NCBI RefSeq assembly: GCF_963921235.1
Contig: NC_086108.1
Span: 44,826,001-44,890,000 of the forward strand
Source: Mobula hypostoma
Taxonomy: Eukaryota
DNA: 64,000 bases
Reading direction: 5' to 3'
This document shows positions 60,246 to 64,000 of the stretch, piece by piece (position 1 is the first letter of the stretch; each line of letters opens with the position of its first letter). Both the position numbers and the translations under genes were made by a program. The notes under the pieces are model-generated. The model was not told the origin of the DNA and did not search any database. It saw only the letters and a program-made list of their open reading frames with translations.

Positions 60246-61358
60246 CATAGAAGTAGGCCATTCGGCCCATCGAGTCTGCTCCACCACTCAATCACAGCTG
60301 ATCCAATTCTTCCAGTCATCCCAACTCCCCTGCCTTCTCCCCATACCCTTTGATGCCCTGGCTACTCAAGAACCTATCTATCTCTGCCTTAAATGCACCC
60401 ACTGACTTTGCCTCCACAGCTGCTCATGGCAATGAATTCCACAGATATACCACCCTCTGACTAAAGTAATTTCTCCGCACCTCTGTTCTAAATGGATGTC
60501 CTTCAATCCTTAAGTTGTGGCCTCTTGTCCTAGACTCCCCTACCATGGGAAATAACTTTGCTATATCTAATCTGTTCAGGCCTTTTAACATTTGGAATGT
60601 TTCTATGAAATCCCCCCCATTCTCCTGAACTCCAGGGAATACAGCCCAAGAGCTACCAGACGTTCCACATATGGTAACCCTTTCATTCCTGGAATCATTC
60701 TTGTGAATCTTCTCTGAACCCTCTCCAATCTCAGTATATCCTTTCTAAAATAAGGAACCGAAAACTGCACACAATGCTCCAAATGTGGTCTCACGAGTGC
60801 CTTACAGAGCCTCAACATCACATCCTTGCTCTTAAATTCTATACCTCTAGAAATGAATGCCAACATTTCATTAGCCTTCTTCACCATTGACTCAATCTGG
60901 AGGTTAACTTTTAGGGTATCCCACATAAGGACTCCAAGTCCTTTTGCATCTCTGCATTTTGAATTCTCTCCCCATCTAAATAATAGTCTGCCCGTTTATT
61001 TCTTCCACCAAAGTGCATGACCATACACTTTCCAACATTGTATTTCATTTGCCACTTCTTTGCCCATTCCCCTAAACTCTCCAAGTCTCTGTTTCCTCAA
61101 CACTACCTGCTCCTCCACCTATCTCTGTATCATCAGCAAATTTAGCCACAAATCCACTAATCCCAGTCCAAATCATTGATGTATCATAAAAAGCAGCGTT
61201 CCCAACACCGACCCCTGTGGAACTCCACTGGTAACCGGCAGCCTGCCAGAATAGGATCCCTTTATTCCCACTCTCTGTTTTCTGCCGAGCAACCAATGCT
61301 CCACTTGTGCGGCACCTTGTCAAAGGCCTTCTGAAAATCCAAGTACACCACATCCACA
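60246..61358 (-). mobile_element. CR1 LINE 3' part
   Basis: KFADDT, LVRPHLEHCVQF, LERVQRRFTRMIPG. Confidence 0.9.
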
Positions 61359-62649
61359 AAACCATTCATTTCACTTCTTTTACACTTGTTGTTCATCTTG
61401 AATGTGCTTCTGGAACTGTTGGAGCCTGCGATTTGCATTTTGGATGATCCAGTGCTTTATGTCTCCGAGAGGATTCCGGGAGGCAGTAATCGCAAGCCTT
61501 AAGGGGAGGAGGCTGCGGAATGGGGCACGAGTCGATTAAAGCATCGATTCTTCACCGATTAAAGCAATGAGAGAAATTTAGACAGAGGTGAATGCAGAGG
61601 GTGAGCACTGACTGCCTGCCTTCTGATTGCTGGTGGGATCACTCTGCTGCTGGAGAGGGGCGCCTGTGTGGCCTGTTGCTGTGCTTGGAAGATGTAACCA
61701 AGGATACCTGTGTTTATCGATATGGATTTGGACTATGGACGTTTTTTTCCATTTTTTATATTCTGTGTTTTCACCCATTCTTTCTTGTTTTTTTTTGTGT
61801 GGGGGAGAGAGTGGGATTTGGGCTCAATGTTCCTGTGGCAATTTGTGCAGGGGGCAGGGGGGCCTGGGGGTCAATGTTCTTGTGTTTTATTAGCTTTTTG
61901 AGCAGGGAGAGGGATTTAGAGGTGATGATCATGTTGCAGTTCTTCTTTGTGCACGGGGTGGGGGTAGGGGTGGGGTTGCTGTTTCTCTCTGAACTGACCG
62001 ACATGGTTTTCCTTGGTTTCCTGCCTGTCTGGAGAAGAAGAATTTCAGAGTTGTACACTGCATACACACGTTGATAATACACGAACTTTTGAAATACAAG
62101 GGATGCATATGGCAGTGTTGGGACTACAGACCAATATTCAGCTTCTGGATTTTAATCCTGCTAAGATCGTTGGGTTTGAAGTTTTCTTTCTCTCGTACTT
62201 GTAAGATACATCTGTGAAATTTATTTAAGGCATTGTTAATAAATTTCTAGTAATATTAGTGTATGCTTCAAAACTGTTCTGAACAAAGAACTAAGTTTAC
62301 AATTTCAGTTAATAAGACAGCTAGAAATTGGAAATGCTAGTCTTAAGGCTCTATACATCTTCAGATACAATGTAACCCAGAATAAATCAGCATACATAGT
62401 GGACTTCAGTAAACCAGAAAATGCCAATTCCCTGTTGGTTTAAAGCATCATAACGTTAAATCACTTCAACAAAACATACAGCAAAAGTTAATATCTATTA
62501 GCAATTGCACTGTTCCGAAGAAAACTGGGAGCCTAGCAGGAGCTTCAAGACAGGTACTGAGAAAACCGGGGGAAAAGTCTGACCATTTTATTCTGGATAG
62601 ACTTAATTTTTACATGCATTTACTTTTCAATGTAGAAATTGATAACCAG

Positions 62650-63276
62650 GCCACATTCCATGTGAATTGGAGCATATTGAGACCAGTGCATCTTGGCCCA
62701 ATTAAGCAGCTGCCCCAAAAACCCAAAGTTTCATAGAAATATCTTAAAAAAGACAAACTACTGTTTAATAGAGTAACAAATTATGTATATAAATGAAATA
62801 CAGAATTAATACACTACCAATACTACTACAGTACAAAAAACTGTATTAGTTCTTAATAGCTGTCGATGGAAGAATTCATACGGTGTACGTTGCCCTGTTC
62901 TTTTGATTGAGTGTAAATGAACAAAATCTGCAGACACCCAATACAGGTAATGGACTGTCTTCTTTGCCGGTGTCAAAAATCACTGCTTTTTACTTTGGTA
63001 GTGGTCGGCCCAAATTAATAACATAACACAAGCATACACAACTGAGGCTATATAAAAACTGTTTGCTTCAAGCATGGTGTAGTGCTTAATGGCCACCCAA
63101 GTGTGCGTGATTGAAGCTAGTTAGAAATTGTTTGGCAACAGTGTCCCTATTAAGCAGCAGTGTCCCAAATAAATGAAGGAAATTCTGGCTATTTTCTTGA
63201 TTAGTTTTTGTTCAAGAGTTGTCCCAGATAAGCAGCTGCCCTAATTAATTGATAGCCAATCAACCTGAATCCACTG
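62650..63276 (-). mobile_element. Tigger/pogo-like non-autonomous element
   Basis: Reverse-complement similarity to 10679-11726; ends GAATCCACTG followed by TA. Confidence 0.65.
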
Positions 63277-64000
63277 TATTTGCCAACTAGATTTGTATCC
63301 AAAAATTGATAAAAGCCATTGTTTACTGGGATCATGTTACGTAATCTAGTTTAGAATACAGATTCGCATACAACAAAATCTCCAAATAAAAAAAAATCAA
63401 AATTATTGCAAGCAGTAGATTAGTTTTAAGCAATTAATGTTTTAAGTTGTTATCTTTTCATAGATACTAGAAATCAAACACATTTTAAGTTGCAGAAAAG
63501 GGGATGTTTACAAAGAAGTGTATTAGGGCAAGGACCAAGAGAAACAAGAGAAGGGATACAGATGGTGGTACCAGTTGAGAAGAGGAAACTGGAGTCTGGT
63601 TAATCAGTGCTGATCTGTCTGAAGGAGGTGCATCGAGCTAAAGCACTGAAAAATATTTAGCTGATCAGGCAGCATCCATGGAGAGAGAAAACATTTAACT
63701 AACCAGTAAGCTTAATGTTATTGGCCAGTTCTAATACAAATATGGTAATCGGGTCATCTTAAATTTCTATATTCACCTTCACCTCCAACTGTTTACATCT
63801 CCTCCAGACAGAAAAGACAGCATTCACCTCAGCCATTCCAATAAATCTCACTTGGTCTCCATTCAAACCCTTCTCTATAACACAAAACACTCCAAAGATG
63901 CTAAACATTTCTTGTATTTTATGGTGTACTTCCAGATTTGCAATGTCAACAGTTGTGTTTGCTTTTCTCCCCTCAACATTTATCTTGTAAATATGGTCTA

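Noticed and set aside
61592-62204. 100-160 aa ORFs near the right end
   Set aside because: T/G-rich low-complexity repeat 3' region with no coding signature.

Overview
Eukaryotic (vertebrate) genomic DNA. The repeat content (HE1-type SINEs, Deu-domain SINE, abundant CR1 LINEs, Penelope-like elements) points to a cartilaginous fish, probably a ray; this is an inference. Genes: (1) exons 1-2 of the selenoprotein DIO1 on the minus strand, with an in-frame TGA (Sec) at 361-363; the gene runs off the left edge. (2) Head-to-head with DIO1, the complete 8-exon CDS of YIPF1 on the plus strand (4665-16947, 314 aa). (3) One isolated, intact, minus-strand NDC1 exon (32099-32199) with no neighbouring NDC1 exons visible. 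(4) An unrecognised intronless 271-aa coiled-coil ORF (49906-50721) with a candidate RFX X-box promoter and a polyA signal. The remainder is dense transposon sequence: CR1, Rex1/Babar, L1/Tx1, solo LTRs, hAT-Charlie, Tc1, Tigger, Chapaev3 and tRNA-SINEs. It includes a ~13 kb nested TE stack (18.3-31.4 kb) and several TSD-bounded Penelope-like fold-back insertions carrying minimal hammerhead-ribozyme remnants. Family assignments come from recalled motifs, not database searches.
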